Source: Convolutriloba macropyga (taxonomy: Eukaryota). Taken from it: a stretch of 64,000 nucleotides of DNA. Numbering within the stretch: the stretch's first letter is position 1; each line of letters starts with the position of its first letter. The stretch lies in assembly GCF_964194025.1 (NCBI RefSeq), contig NC_134468.1, forward strand, positions 27,404,001-27,468,000, in the 5' to 3' direction. A program made the translations under genes and the position numbers. The notes under the pieces were generated by a model, which was not told the origin of the DNA, ran no database searches, and worked only from the letters and a program-made list of their open reading frames with translations. Shown here piece after piece: positions 41,904 through 50,686 of this stretch.

Positions 41904-42306
41904 GATGCTTTTTTAATCATAGGCATCAAGTTTTGGTCGTAATTAATGTTTGTTATTTGATTTTATTATTGTCTTTTCTAGTAGTCCTATTAATAACAAG
42001 TTTCATCGACCCCTTAACTTGGCTTTATTTATTCCATTAGTGCTTCGTTGAATGATATGTATGTTTTTGAACGTTTTCTATCTCACCCTCATTTGGTAGC
42101 CAATCAAGTCAAGTATGTGGATGAGCGGGGTTTGAGCATTATGTGCAAACGCACATTACCGACCCTCCTTGTTCCATTTGTACTTGCTCTATCTCATTTT
42201 AACGGCTCAGTTCGTTTCAACAGCTTATCAATCATTATAACTGAGAATTAATTTCAAAACAAGATAATTTACTCAGTCATCCGTCATCTTGATGTTAACA
42301 TTTTAG

Positions 42307-42459
42307 CTGCGGAACAACGACCAGAGTGCGCGCCTGGTGAAAGTGACCCACGAGAGCTCCGCCTACTTCAAAATCATTCCACCCAAGAACCCAGGGGACA
42401 AAGTGGCACCCGGGATGACTTGCACATTTAAAATACAGTTCTTGCCAGACGAGCGGAAG
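42307..42459 (+). CDS. HYDIN: HYDIN exon 4
   Basis: LRNNDQSARLVKVTHESSAYFKII...KVAPGM...F.PDERK. tag/gtaag boundaries. Confidence 0.95.
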
Positions 42460-42891
42460 GTAAGGATGTAGATGTCTAGACATGTCATTGAGCAATGGAA
42501 AAGATCGAGCATAAAGGATGAAAAGCCTCTTTTTGTGAAAAGAATACACCCGATTACTGCTACTTCAATTACTTCAATGGTTGCACAAACTGAAAAGATC
42601 CAAGTTCTCTCTTAAGGGTAAATTTACCTGAACTTTATTTAGTGTATGGCACAACCGGAAAAGATCTCTTGGTATTGCTACAGTCCCAAATACTCCCCTT
42701 TCAGAATAGCTATAATAAAAACGCATCCGTTATGACTTCGAGTCATTGTGAAGGAGAGAACCAACATATGCTCTTTTCTATTATGTACAATCCGGGTGCT
42801 TTTACGGATAACAAAATGTAATTTGTTTGCGTTGATCGCGAGTTGCTTTTGTGAATCAAATATAGTTGTGGTCGGAAGACCATGTAACCAA

Positions 42892-42964
42892 GGCCGCATA
42901 GCCTAACGGATAAGGCGTCTGACTTCGAATCAGAAGATTGGGGGTTCGAATCCCTCTGTGGTCG
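42892..42964 (+). tRNA. tRNA-Arg(TCG), intronic in HYDIN
   Basis: 73-nt cloverleaf: acceptor GGCCGCA/TGTGGTC, D-arm GCCT/AGGC, anticodon arm TCTGA-CTTCGAA-TCAGA, T-arm GGGGG-TTCGAAT-CCCTC. T-run terminator immediately downstream. Confidence 0.96.
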
Positions 42965-43203
42965 ATCTTTTTTGATGCTGCTCAGTAAACCACTTATGTA
43001 AAGATGTAAATCAATTGCATGATGCCATAATCTAACTATAAGAAGAAATAAATAGGAGGAATGCATTTGAAATTCTTAATAGCATATTGCGGAGACAGTA
43101 TATAAAATACGTTACGCCCACTAACAAGATTAACAGAAGATAACTGATTTGTGCTCTAAATGACAGATTCAAGGAGATACGTGAGTATAAATAATGTTTG
43201 AAG

Positions 43204-43382
43204 GACTACCTACACGAGATAGTGGTGGTGACTGATAGAGAGAAATTCGCCATCCCCATCCGGGCCATCAACGGCAGAGCCATCCTCGACTTCCCAGATG
43301 AGGTCAAGTTCTCCCCCAACCCAGTGAAGAACACTGCCTGTAAGACACTCTTCGTGCGCAACATCGGTGACCGGGAGTGCAG
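43204..43382 (+). CDS. HYDIN: HYDIN exon 5
   Basis: DYLHEIVVVTDREKFAIPIRA..RAILDFPD..FS..PVK....LFVRNIG. Ends in phase 2. Confidence 0.95.
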
Positions 43383-43558
43383 GTACGGTGATGAAATGCG
43401 TTTTGATTAAATGACCCTAAAAGTGAATGCTCTTTTAATTTCAAGATTTTTATTGAGGGGTTGGAAGTTCAATTCTTAATACCGAGTCTTAGCAGTTAAA
43501 AACTGGCGGTGAAGTACGCCGATGGCAACGCTAAACAAAAAAAATAAGCAAGGGGGCC

Positions 43559-43780
43559 ATCTCTTCTCTTCATTATTTTAGGTATCTTATTCTGTTTTGC
43601 CCCCCCCCGCCTAGTGTATCAAATTTGGCTGGGCTGCTACAGATCACACAATACGGGATCTCTTTCTGTATGCCAGTCAAACTTGACAAAAGATATAACA
43701 AATCGAAGGCAAAGATATCTCCTTCGATGCCAGTCAAACTTGACAAAAGATATAACAAATCGAAGGCAAATCGAGAGAAG
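43559..43780. repeat. Local duplication of the host/LTR junction with templated fillers
   Basis: 43559-43718 duplicates the flank plus the first ~100 bp of the LTR. 43727-43770 repeats an LTR piece again. Confidence 0.9.
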
Positions 43781-43845
43781 ATCTCTTCTCTTCATTATTT
43801 TAGGTATCTTATTCTGTTTTGCCCCCCCCCCCCCCCCGCCTAGTG

Positions 43846-44947
43846 TATCAAATTTGGCTGGGCTGCTACAGATCACACAATACGGGATCTCTTTATGTAT
43901 GCCAGTCAAACTTGACAAAAGATATAACAAATCGAAGGCAAAGATATATGCCTAAGACCTGTCTGTGCTATAAGTCTCAATTTAAAGTAGTTGGGGGGCT
44001 GAAAGTATTTAATTTATAAAAGAGTAAATATAAAATTACAGCTTACTAATTACCAGTTGTGTAGTGATGAAATGGAGGTGAGCTGCTGGGCGATCGTTCA
44101 CTTGGGTGTTTCTTCAGTTATGTTATTTGTCGAAAAAGAAAGTTATAAAATTAAATCTGGAATTATTTGTCTAAGTTATTAAACATTTTTGTTCGACTAT
44201 TTTATTGTTAAAGTGAAGTTAAATTTTGAGAAAAATGAAAGCAGTTGTCTGCTGCTTGTTTCTGGGAGTGATTTCTGTCTCTCTAATTTTATTCCGTCCC
44301 ACTTCGCTGAGAGAAACAATTAATTCCTCTCAGCTCCGTTTGGGCCGATAGGGAGCGAATCACAAACTCACGTTCATAGTGAGGTGCTTCTTAATTTTCC
44401 TATTGGCCGAGAAGGCAAGAGAATTAACTCTTTTTTATCTCACGGAAAAATTATTGAAACTCCAAAAATTAATAAAAATCTAAAAAGCTGAGAGCATCAA
44501 TTATTGATTTCTTAGGCGCCTGTTTTCTGCTTTTCCCCTCTTCTAAAACCGCAACAATTATGGTTTTCTTGGGGGCTTTTTATGAGACTCTATTGTCTTT
44601 TCCCCTGAAGCAATCTGCTTCATCTTTATTGAACTTGGGGGGAAAGATCTGCATTGCAACTGTCAAAAGCAGAAGTAATTTAAATAAAAAAAACTGTGGT
44701 TTTACAGGCCGCCTACGTTCAACAACGTACATTTTCTATCCTGGATATAAGCGAGGAGATCCAGGCCTAAAGTTGTGTTATTTAAATAAGTCGAACTGAG
44801 TTGTTTAAATACTTGTGTACTGGTAGTCTTAATAAGCGTTAGTTTGTTTAGCGCGCGGCGAAAGAATGGTTAATTAGCGCCTAAATACGTTCGCTCTAAT
44901 GCGGGATTAATTATCCGCTCATTTGTAACGGCTCTCGTAATACTACA
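43846..44947 (-). repeat. 3' LTR (1102 bp)
   Basis: Direct repeat of 62609-63711. I spotted two substitutions and one homopolymer indel by eye. Confidence 0.97.
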
Positions 44948-44962
44948 GCTCACCCCGATTTT
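44948..44962 (-). promoter_or_regulatory. Polypurine-tract-like plus-strand primer site
   Basis: Minus strand: U-rich run, then AAAATCGGGGTGAGC abutting the TGT of the 3' LTR. Confidence 0.65.
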
Positions 44963-45136
44963 AAGATAGAAAAGAAAAAGATTAAAAAAAGAAATATATT
45001 GCATCGTATATAATTTTATTGCGCTTGAGACATATAAATGAGTTACTACAAGTTTAGAAAGTTATGAAATTAATCGCAAAGGGCGACAATGGTATGCTAT
45101 AAAATTAATCGCAAAGGGCGATAATGTTGTGCTGTA

Positions 45137-46312
45137 TTATTCAAAAAATTCTGGGGGCAAAATGACTGGGCTTGACATCGGACTGTTACCATCGTCTTCG
45201 ATCAAAAGAACCTCTTGTATATCGTCCTCAGTTGGTTTGTCCTTATCCATTGATTGTCGCTTTTTGTGCTTTTTAACTCTCCTTTTGATCTCGGAAATTT
45301 TGGTTTTTTGTTCTTCGTTTTCCTTCATTAATTGTGTTATTTTCTTTCCTAGCTCCAGATTCTTTTCTCCAAGTTTTTTGTTGGCGTTTGTTATTTCTAG
45401 ATGTTTCAAGGAGAACGTTTTTAGCATAGTTTGTGCATTCGATTCGCTGGTTTTTTGGAGTTGATGGGCAACGACATATTGGCGCCGCCAATAGTCGTTA
45501 GGTAGTTGCTTCTCCTCAGGTGGTTTCTGTGATTCCATTTTCAGTTGTTCAAATTTCAGTTGCAATTCTTGCAACTCTGTTTCCTTTTGAAATAGTTCCT
45601 GCCTGATTGTGGTGTTTTCCTCTATTAAACTACTGGTGTTTATATTTGATAGTTCTGGCATGTCGACAGGAAAAGCGGAAATGGCATCGTAGGGCACTTC
45701 AATATATGCGTCGAGCATGTTATTCCTAAGGATATAAGTGCCATTCTTAGGGTCGCGATTTTTAATTCTCCACTTGTTGTTTTCTGTGGGGAGCGAGAAG
45801 GTTTTCAGAACTGGAAGCTTTTCGCTGTTGACTAGTATCTGTTGATGTCCATTTGACTGGATGATGTTTATTTTACTAGCAACCTCAAATTTGTTGTAGT
45901 TTGGTTTCAGGAAATAGAGGAGGGTGTTAACGTACCTCGGGTTTTCTTTATTCATGTTTTCCTCTCGCGGTTTCTGTAATTTCAAACATTCTGAGGGTAT
46001 TTTCCTGATAGCGTCGGGAACGAGATCTTCAATGTTGTTCATCTTAATAATTTTGTTTTTGTGATTGCTAATTTGTTGGATTGGGAATTGTCTCTTTCTG
46101 CTAATTTGCCAGTTGTTTTCGGGATCATATTGACTGGAAGTTGATGGAGATGCAATAGTTTTAGTAACTTGTTGTGTGTTCTGAGGTTTAAATGGAGGCT
46201 TTGAGAAAATAGGAGGCTGGGAAGAATGGGTTTGTGTTTGTTCTTGTTGTGTTGTCACTTGTTGATGTTGACTGGGGATTATTACGCTTGCGAGTGTGGG
46301 TCTGGTAGTCAT
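45137..46312 (-). CDS. 391-aa accessory protein with low-complexity N-terminus, coiled-coil and basic/acidic C-terminus
   Basis: Long ORF. Heptad-like QKETELQELQLKFEQLK and NKKLGEKNLELGKKITQL segments, KRRVKKHKKR, and VLLIEDD. Confidence 0.8.
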   Translation of the reverse strand: MTTRPTLASVIIPSQHQQVTTQQEQTQTHSSQPPIFSKPPFKPQNTQQVTKTIASPSTSSQYDPENNWQISRKRQFPIQQISNHKNKIIKMNNIEDLVPDAIRKIPSECLKLQKPREENMNKENPRYVNTLLYFLKPNYNKFEVASKINIIQSNGHQQILVNSEKLPVLKTFSLPTENNKWRIKNRDPKNGTYILRNNMLDAYIEVPYDAISAFPVDMPELSNINTSSLIEENTTIRQELFQKETELQELQLKFEQLKMESQKPPEEKQLPNDYWRRQYVVAHQLQKTSESNAQTMLKTFSLKHLEITNANKKLGEKNLELGKKITQLMKENEEQKTKISEIKRRVKKHKKRQSMDKDKPTEDDIQEVLLIEDDGNSPMSSPVILPPEFFE

Positions 46313-46792
46313 TGTTAGTGTTTCCTTGTGGATGATCTAAAATTATTTGATTTTGGTTAGCCTGTGTCATCAATATCACACATTATGGCTTCTTTTCAAG
46401 TTTGCAATTGTATTGCTAATATAAAAAAAGTATTCTATTGTAAAAAATGTTTTTGTAAGGTTTTGTTGCTAACTGCTTTACTTAAAAATTATAATGCTAA
46501 ATGCATTTGTTATTAAAGTTTGGTAGAAAAGTTTTTGTTTTGCTAAATGCAAAGTTAACTTTAATAAAGGGAGGGGGCAATAATAAAAAAAATTTTTATA
46601 CTTATCCAGGCGGGCAGCCCTGGCACAAGTACGTCTTTCTCCGCTGCCCGGAGGTGTGAGTCTTGGGGCGTGCGTCACACTAACACGGCTGCAACGACCC
46701 GTGCAGCTGGGGAGACAACCTTGCTTTAGCTGAAAGAAGGAAATTTTTCGGGTCGTTTTTGGAAATTTCAGTTATCGTGTTAGTGTTCTGAA

Positions 46793-47303
46793 TTATTTAG
46801 GTTCAAAAGCCAGGGGGGCAGGCTGGAGAAAGCTGAGGTAACCCCTTCCCGAGGAGAAGTTAAAAGAGAGAGAAAAAAGAACGTTTGTACTTGAGTTGTT
46901 TTTGGTGTATTGGACAACGTCGTCTAAAAAATTTTTGCAAATGGGACATTTTTTCTGCTTATTTATGCACACTCGACAGAATCGGTGTTCGTCATGTTGG
47001 GAAAAATGTGGGTGTTTTGTTATTCCTAATTCTGTTTTCATTTTTTTTGCATAAATTGCATCGGAAGTAGGATGTGATCAGGACGGGAAGACAAGGTCGA
47101 AGACAGATGGGACATTTAGGGTTTGGGTATCTTTTAAAAAGTGCTTTTCTGCAAGGAATACATACATAGTGGGGATTTTCTTTGGGGAATTGCTTGTGTA
47201 GTTTTTCTACAATAACGGTTTTTCGTGAACATATAGGGCAGATAATGTCCTTATGGGGATAGAACCAACGGAAACCGTCGAATAGGGATTGTGAAAGACC
47301 CAT
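46793..47303 (-). CDS. Tandem RING-like zinc-finger protein 3 (MGLSQS start), split by +1 A in a homopolymer at ~47041-47048
   Basis: ORF 46992-47303 carries domain 1 and CNLC. ORF 46793-47041 supplies H..H...CRVC...CPIC. Removing one A joins them as CKKMKTE. Confidence 0.82.
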
Positions 47304-47327
47304 CGAGTGACTGTTATTTTGTTTTCC

Positions 47328-47450
47328 TTATACAAAAACAGGAAAACCTCTGAGAAACTGCAGTAGGATGAGGTTAATAAGGAACAATATTGCAAGCAAG
47401 GTAATTAGGATTAAGATAAATATTTTTGTGGATAGGTCTAGATTGGTCAT
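47328..47450 (-). CDS. Hydrophobic micro-ORF (40 aa)
   Basis: MTNLDLSTKIFILILITLLAILFLINLILLQFLRGFPVFV. ATGA overlap with the previous stop. Confidence 0.6.
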   Translation of the reverse strand: MTNLDLSTKIFILILITLLAILFLINLILLQFLRGFPVFV

Positions 47451-47557
47451 TTTCCGTATCTGGAGAAAATGGAAAGGAGGTAGTGATTAATAAAAAGGGA
47501 TATTGCCAATGCGCATAAGAGGACAAAAAGAAGAATAAACAATGTTACGGGATGCAT
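47447..47557 (-). CDS. Hydrophobic micro-ORF (36 aa)
   Basis: MHPVTLFILLFVLLCALAISLFINHYLLSIFSRYGK. Starts 4 nt after the previous stop. Confidence 0.6.
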   Translation of the reverse strand: MHPVTLFILLFVLLCALAISLFINHYLLSIFSRYGK

Positions 47558-47561
47558 TTTG

Positions 47562-47699
47562 TCAGTTCAATGAGTAGTGTAGAACTAGGGTGAAGGAGGT
47601 GATTTGCTCCTGGTAAAAACTGAATTGAATTAGGGATATCGAGTGGATCAAAAATGAAAGCAGGAAAAGAATTAAAATTTTGGAAGTTCTTGGACGCAT
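47562..47699 (-). CDS. Hydrophobic micro-ORF (45 aa)
   Basis: Manual translation MRPRTSKILILFLLSFLIHSISLIQFSFYQEQITSFTLVLHYSLN. ATG overlaps the previous stop (TAATG). Confidence 0.55.
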   Translation of the reverse strand: MRPRTSKILILFLLSFLIHSISLIQFSFYQEQITSFTLVLHYSLN

Positions 47700-48076
47700 T
47701 ATGTAATTATTTTTTTGCAACAAGGGCATAATTCATAGTCTTCTACGCAAAATTTACAAAAGTTGACGGGCTTGTGATCACTGTGATGAAACGTTTTTGC
47801 AACAGAATATTGAAATCTTGTTTGTTTGCAAATATCACATTGAAACCAGTTAAAGATTGAAAAGATAACATTAAATTTAGAGCATTTTGGACAAAAATCA
47901 TAGCCCATATCTTTTATAACATATTGGTAACAGAGCAGACACATTACGTGGGGTAGTTCGTTAGGGGGGTTTTCGTGTAATTTCTTGAAAACAATTGTTT
48001 CGCGTCTGCAGCATAAACAAATTAATGAGACCGGTTTGGATTCTATAGTATTGGTTTCTTTGTCAATTGTATTCAT
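47699..48076 (-). CDS. Tandem RING-like zinc-finger protein 2 (125 aa)
   Basis: Same ligand spacing as protein 1. Second domain CDIC...CKFC...CPCC. Confidence 0.85.
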   Translation of the reverse strand: MNTIDKETNTIESKPVSLICLCCRRETIVFKKLHENPPNELPHVMCLLCYQYVIKDMGYDFCPKCSKFNVIFSIFNWFQCDICKQTRFQYSVAKTFHHSDHKPVNFCKFCVEDYELCPCCKKIIT

Positions 48077-48102
48077 TTTTGGAAGATTGTTATTGGAGGG
48101 GA

Positions 48103-48351
48103 TTATGGGACTGGTATGGTTGGAGGATTTGGTTGTTGATTATTTTGGGATTTTATTGCTTGGTCTATTACTAAAATAACTATTAACATCAAAAAATTGA
48201 AAGGAATACTTACAACAACGAGGAAAACGGTTAAAACGAAGGAGAAGGCTGCTGCAATAATCATGAGGGCCATTATTAAAAAATCAAGTACTTTGGGGAT
48301 AATCATTTTGGATAATTTGTGAAGGTAGTTTTGAATCAAGGATTTTACCAC
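48103..48351 (-). CDS. Small hydrophobic membrane protein
   Basis: ~40-residue uninterrupted hydrophobic stretch, then a Pro/Gln tail. Confidence 0.6.
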   Translation of the reverse strand: MVKSLIQNYLHKLSKMIIPKVLDFLIMALMIIAAAFSFVLTVFLVVVSIPFNFLMLIVILVIDQAIKSQNNQQPNPPTIPVP

Positions 48352-48743
48352 GGGTTGTTTGGGTCAATTGTTTGTTTGCATAAGGGGCATTTAGTAGTTG
48401 TGAAGGTCATACACTGCAAACAAATTGATTTTTCAGGGTGTAGGCTTTTGAAGTGGCTGTGGCAAGTGGATAACTTTTTGATTTCTTGACAAGAATCACA
48501 CTGGAAATAATGGCAATGACTGAATGTATAAATGGGAGTTACGCAAATGGGGCATTTAGGTTGGTTCCAATATTTAAATAATTCATTTCTACAGGGAATG
48601 CAAGCGAAATGGGGAGGTTGACCGTTTGGGTTTTTGTGCAATTTTTTAAATTGACGACAAGGGAGGTAACAAATAGGACATTCGATTTTTGGGGTTGAGT
48701 CAATTTGTGGTTGCTGAGATAATATTTTCAAAGTGTTTCCCAT
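48345..48743 (-). CDS. Tandem RING-like zinc-finger protein 1 (132 aa, MG start)
   Basis: C-x2-C-x10-H-x8-H-x2-C-x2-C-x12-C-x2-C followed by a second Cys/His domain ending CPLC. Confidence 0.85.
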   Translation of the reverse strand: MGNTLKILSQQPQIDSTPKIECPICYLPCRQFKKLHKNPNGQPPHFACIPCRNELFKYWNQPKCPICVTPIYTFSHCHYFQCDSCQEIKKLSTCHSHFKSLHPEKSICLQCMTFTTTKCPLCKQTIDPNNPW

Positions 48744-49003
48744 TATAAGGATAAATCAGAGAGATCTGGGTATGCGATTTCTAATCCATGGTGTTCAAGT
48801 TCGTTGGGGATAGTTACATTTAGATCTGCAACAGCAAAAAAGAAATTCCAGTGTTTCTCGTTTGGATAAATGTAATAATGATTAATGGTACCTGTGCTTA
48901 GGAACATATAAGTTATTTTGATACATGCTTTATATTGTGTAAAACAAATATTGAACCATCTTTCTACTTTAACAATTTTAATTTTTTCCTTACCAATAAA
49001 CAA
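48743..49003 (-). CDS. Accessory ORF, family B (~86 aa, no ATG; an in-frame AGG just upstream may be a mutated start)
   Basis: ERWF...HWNFF...PNEL. Stop overlaps the next start (TAATG). Confidence 0.7.
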   Translation of the reverse strand: MFIGKEKIKIVKVERWFNICFTQYKACIKITYMFLSTGTINHYYIYPNEKHWNFFFAVADLNVTIPNELEHHGLEIAYPDLSDLSL

Positions 49004-49147
49004 AATCCTTTTAGTTTTAACAATTTGGAAAGAAATGAGGGGAAAAGAACAAATTGATCAGAAAAAAAAGGATAGAAAAAAATGAAGAAGGGGAAAGGAG
49101 AGAAAAAAAAATTTTTGTGGGGAGCAAGTTATGTAAAACAAATTACT

Positions 49148-49378
49148 TTACTGAAGAGCGCCCAAGTTGACTGGGAAATGCTCTTCGATATCAATGAGTG
49201 CAAGAAAGAATTCCCAGTGCATCATTCCCATTGTTACTCGAGTAGAACCCTCACATCCACGCTCGTAGTCTGTATAGTGTATAATAATACAGGGTTTAAT
49301 CTCTGCTGTGGAAGTTTCAATGAAAGATCTCTCGAGGGACTCTACTTTGACTAGGCGCTCACCAAAGTGGAACAGCAT
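49148..49378 (-). CDS. Accessory ORF, family B (76 aa)
   Basis: MLF...ERSF...PCIII.Y...HWEFF...PVNL. Confidence 0.8.
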   Translation of the reverse strand: MLFHFGERLVKVESLERSFIETSTAEIKPCIIIHYTDYERGCEGSTRVTMGMMHWEFFLALIDIEEHFPVNLGALQ

Positions 49379-49611
49379 TATAGAAGATCTAAATTAAAAG
49401 GGATTTTAGAACCATTTAAAGCTTGGGTTATATTTATAAAGAATGTCCAATAGGGGGAAGATGGGGTTAAGGTAATGGTTCCATCAGTCCAAGTGTTTAA
49501 ATATTCAAAATGGAGTATTAATTGTGGGATTACTCTGTTGCTTTTTGTCGTGACAAATGATTTTTCAAAAAATTGTATTTGTATAAGGCAGTTTTGGTAT
49601 GAGAATATCAT
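49378..49611 (-). CDS. Accessory ORF, family B (77 aa)
   Basis: MIF...EKSF...PQLIL.F...YWTFF...PFNL. Stop overlaps the next start (TAATG). Confidence 0.8.
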   Translation of the reverse strand: MIFSYQNCLIQIQFFEKSFVTTKSNRVIPQLILHFEYLNTWTDGTITLTPSSPYWTFFINITQALNGSKIPFNLDLL

Positions 49612-49619
49612 TGCTGCTT

Positions 49620-49904
49620 TTAATTGTTAATAGTTTCCAACTCTTTAGTAATGAAATCGTTTTGAGAACAATCACTTTTCGGCAATTCAAAATAAAGATT
49701 GTGAGGTACACAGTTTGGGTTTTCTAGAATAAAGAGGAAGAATTTCCAATGAACTGAAAGAGGATTAATACTTATTAAACAAATTTTTTCACTTTGGATT
49801 TCTTTGAGTGTTACTAGCATAGTAGGTACAGGGGTTGGGTATGCATCAAAAGATCGTTGAATTTTTTGTAACTCTACAAATTTATTGTTAACTGCAAATA
49901 TCAT
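49620..49904 (-). CDS. Accessory ORF, family B (94 aa)
   Basis: MIF...QRSF...PTMLV...HWKFF...PHNL. Confidence 0.8.
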   Translation of the reverse strand: MIFAVNNKFVELQKIQRSFDAYPTPVPTMLVTLKEIQSEKICLISINPLSVHWKFFLFILENPNCVPHNLYFELPKSDCSQNDFITKELETINN

Positions 49905-49919
49905 AGTTTAGAATGATAC

Positions 49920-50159
49920 CTAAGCAATGTAGATTGGATGTTGTACTTGAAATACCGAGTTCTCTTTGAATGCTAGAAAAATGGTGAATTCGGCGAACTG
50001 AGGGTGAGTAATGAAAATAGTTAAAAGTCTGTAAATATTTGTCATGGGTTTTTTTGCGAAGGTCATTATGTTTATAGCGGAAACATAGTATACGGCTAAA
50101 AGCTCAAAATTTTGGTTTCCGATTCTGATTTGTAAGTTTCTATTAGTTAAATGAATCAT
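49920..50159 (-). CDS. Accessory ORF, family A-like (79 aa)
   Basis: THPQFAEFTIFLAFKENSVFQV aligns with TNPNFKELLCALRNQNSVIEL. Confidence 0.65.
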   Translation of the reverse strand: MIHLTNRNLQIRIGNQNFELLAVYYVSAINIMTFAKKPMTNIYRLLTIFITHPQFAEFTIFLAFKENSVFQVQHPIYIA

Positions 50160-50385
50160 GTTGCTGATCTAGCTCATTTGGCAGACTATTAGGGTCGAAT
50201 TGTGCTAAATACACGAAATAATTCCAATACAACGAATGAGGGGTTAAAATCACAGTATCGTTTTCCCAAGTGTCCCAAAACTCAAAATTTATAACGATTT
50301 GAGGGAAAATGTCTCCGTGATTTTCTTCAAAAGTTTTCTTTATTTGATAAATTGTAACGAGTCTATCTTGAAACAAAAAGTACAT
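50143..50385 (-). CDS. Accessory ORF, family B (80 aa)
   Basis: MYF...KKTF...PQIVI.F...YWNYF...PNEL family pattern. Confidence 0.8.
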   Translation of the reverse strand: MYFLFQDRLVTIYQIKKTFEENHGDIFPQIVINFEFWDTWENDTVILTPHSLYWNYFVYLAQFDPNSLPNELDQQHDSFN

Positions 50386-50540
50386 TAATGGAAGCGTTTT
50401 AGTTGTTAATTAACTTATTGTTCTTCATTTCAAAACTATGTATAAAAGTATGTAAATGTAAAAAAAGGATAAAAAAAGGGTGTGTCAATTATTTCTGAAA
50501 AGAGGATTATTGACAACGATTGATATTTATAGATAATATG

Positions 50541-50669
50541 TCAATCGGATTCACTGAGGCAAAATCGGAGTAGGGGAAGAGCGCAGGCAATAGCTAGATA
50601 GACATAGTTGCGATTACATAGTTGAAAATGGATTATAAGAAATAAAAAGCAAGGAAGGAATCCACGCAT
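50541..50669 (-). CDS. Candidate hydrophobic micro-ORF (42 aa)
   Basis: Manual translation MRGFLPCFLFLIIHFQLCNRNYVYLAIACALPLLRFCLSESD. Starts 17 nt after the previous stop. Confidence 0.35.
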   Translation of the reverse strand: MRGFLPCFLFLIIHFQLCNRNYVYLAIACALPLLRFCLSESD

Positions 50670-50686
50670 GTCTCTTACAGGAAAAG

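Noticed and set aside
43573-44799. Short ORFs in the LTR and junction duplication (mirrored at 62582-63514)
   Set aside because: No motifs, and one is frameshifted between the two LTRs. Treated as non-coding.
46715-46745. ctgaaagaaggaaa as a hammerhead ribozyme core
   Set aside because: Does not match CUGANGA, lacks the required stems, and is on the non-coding strand.
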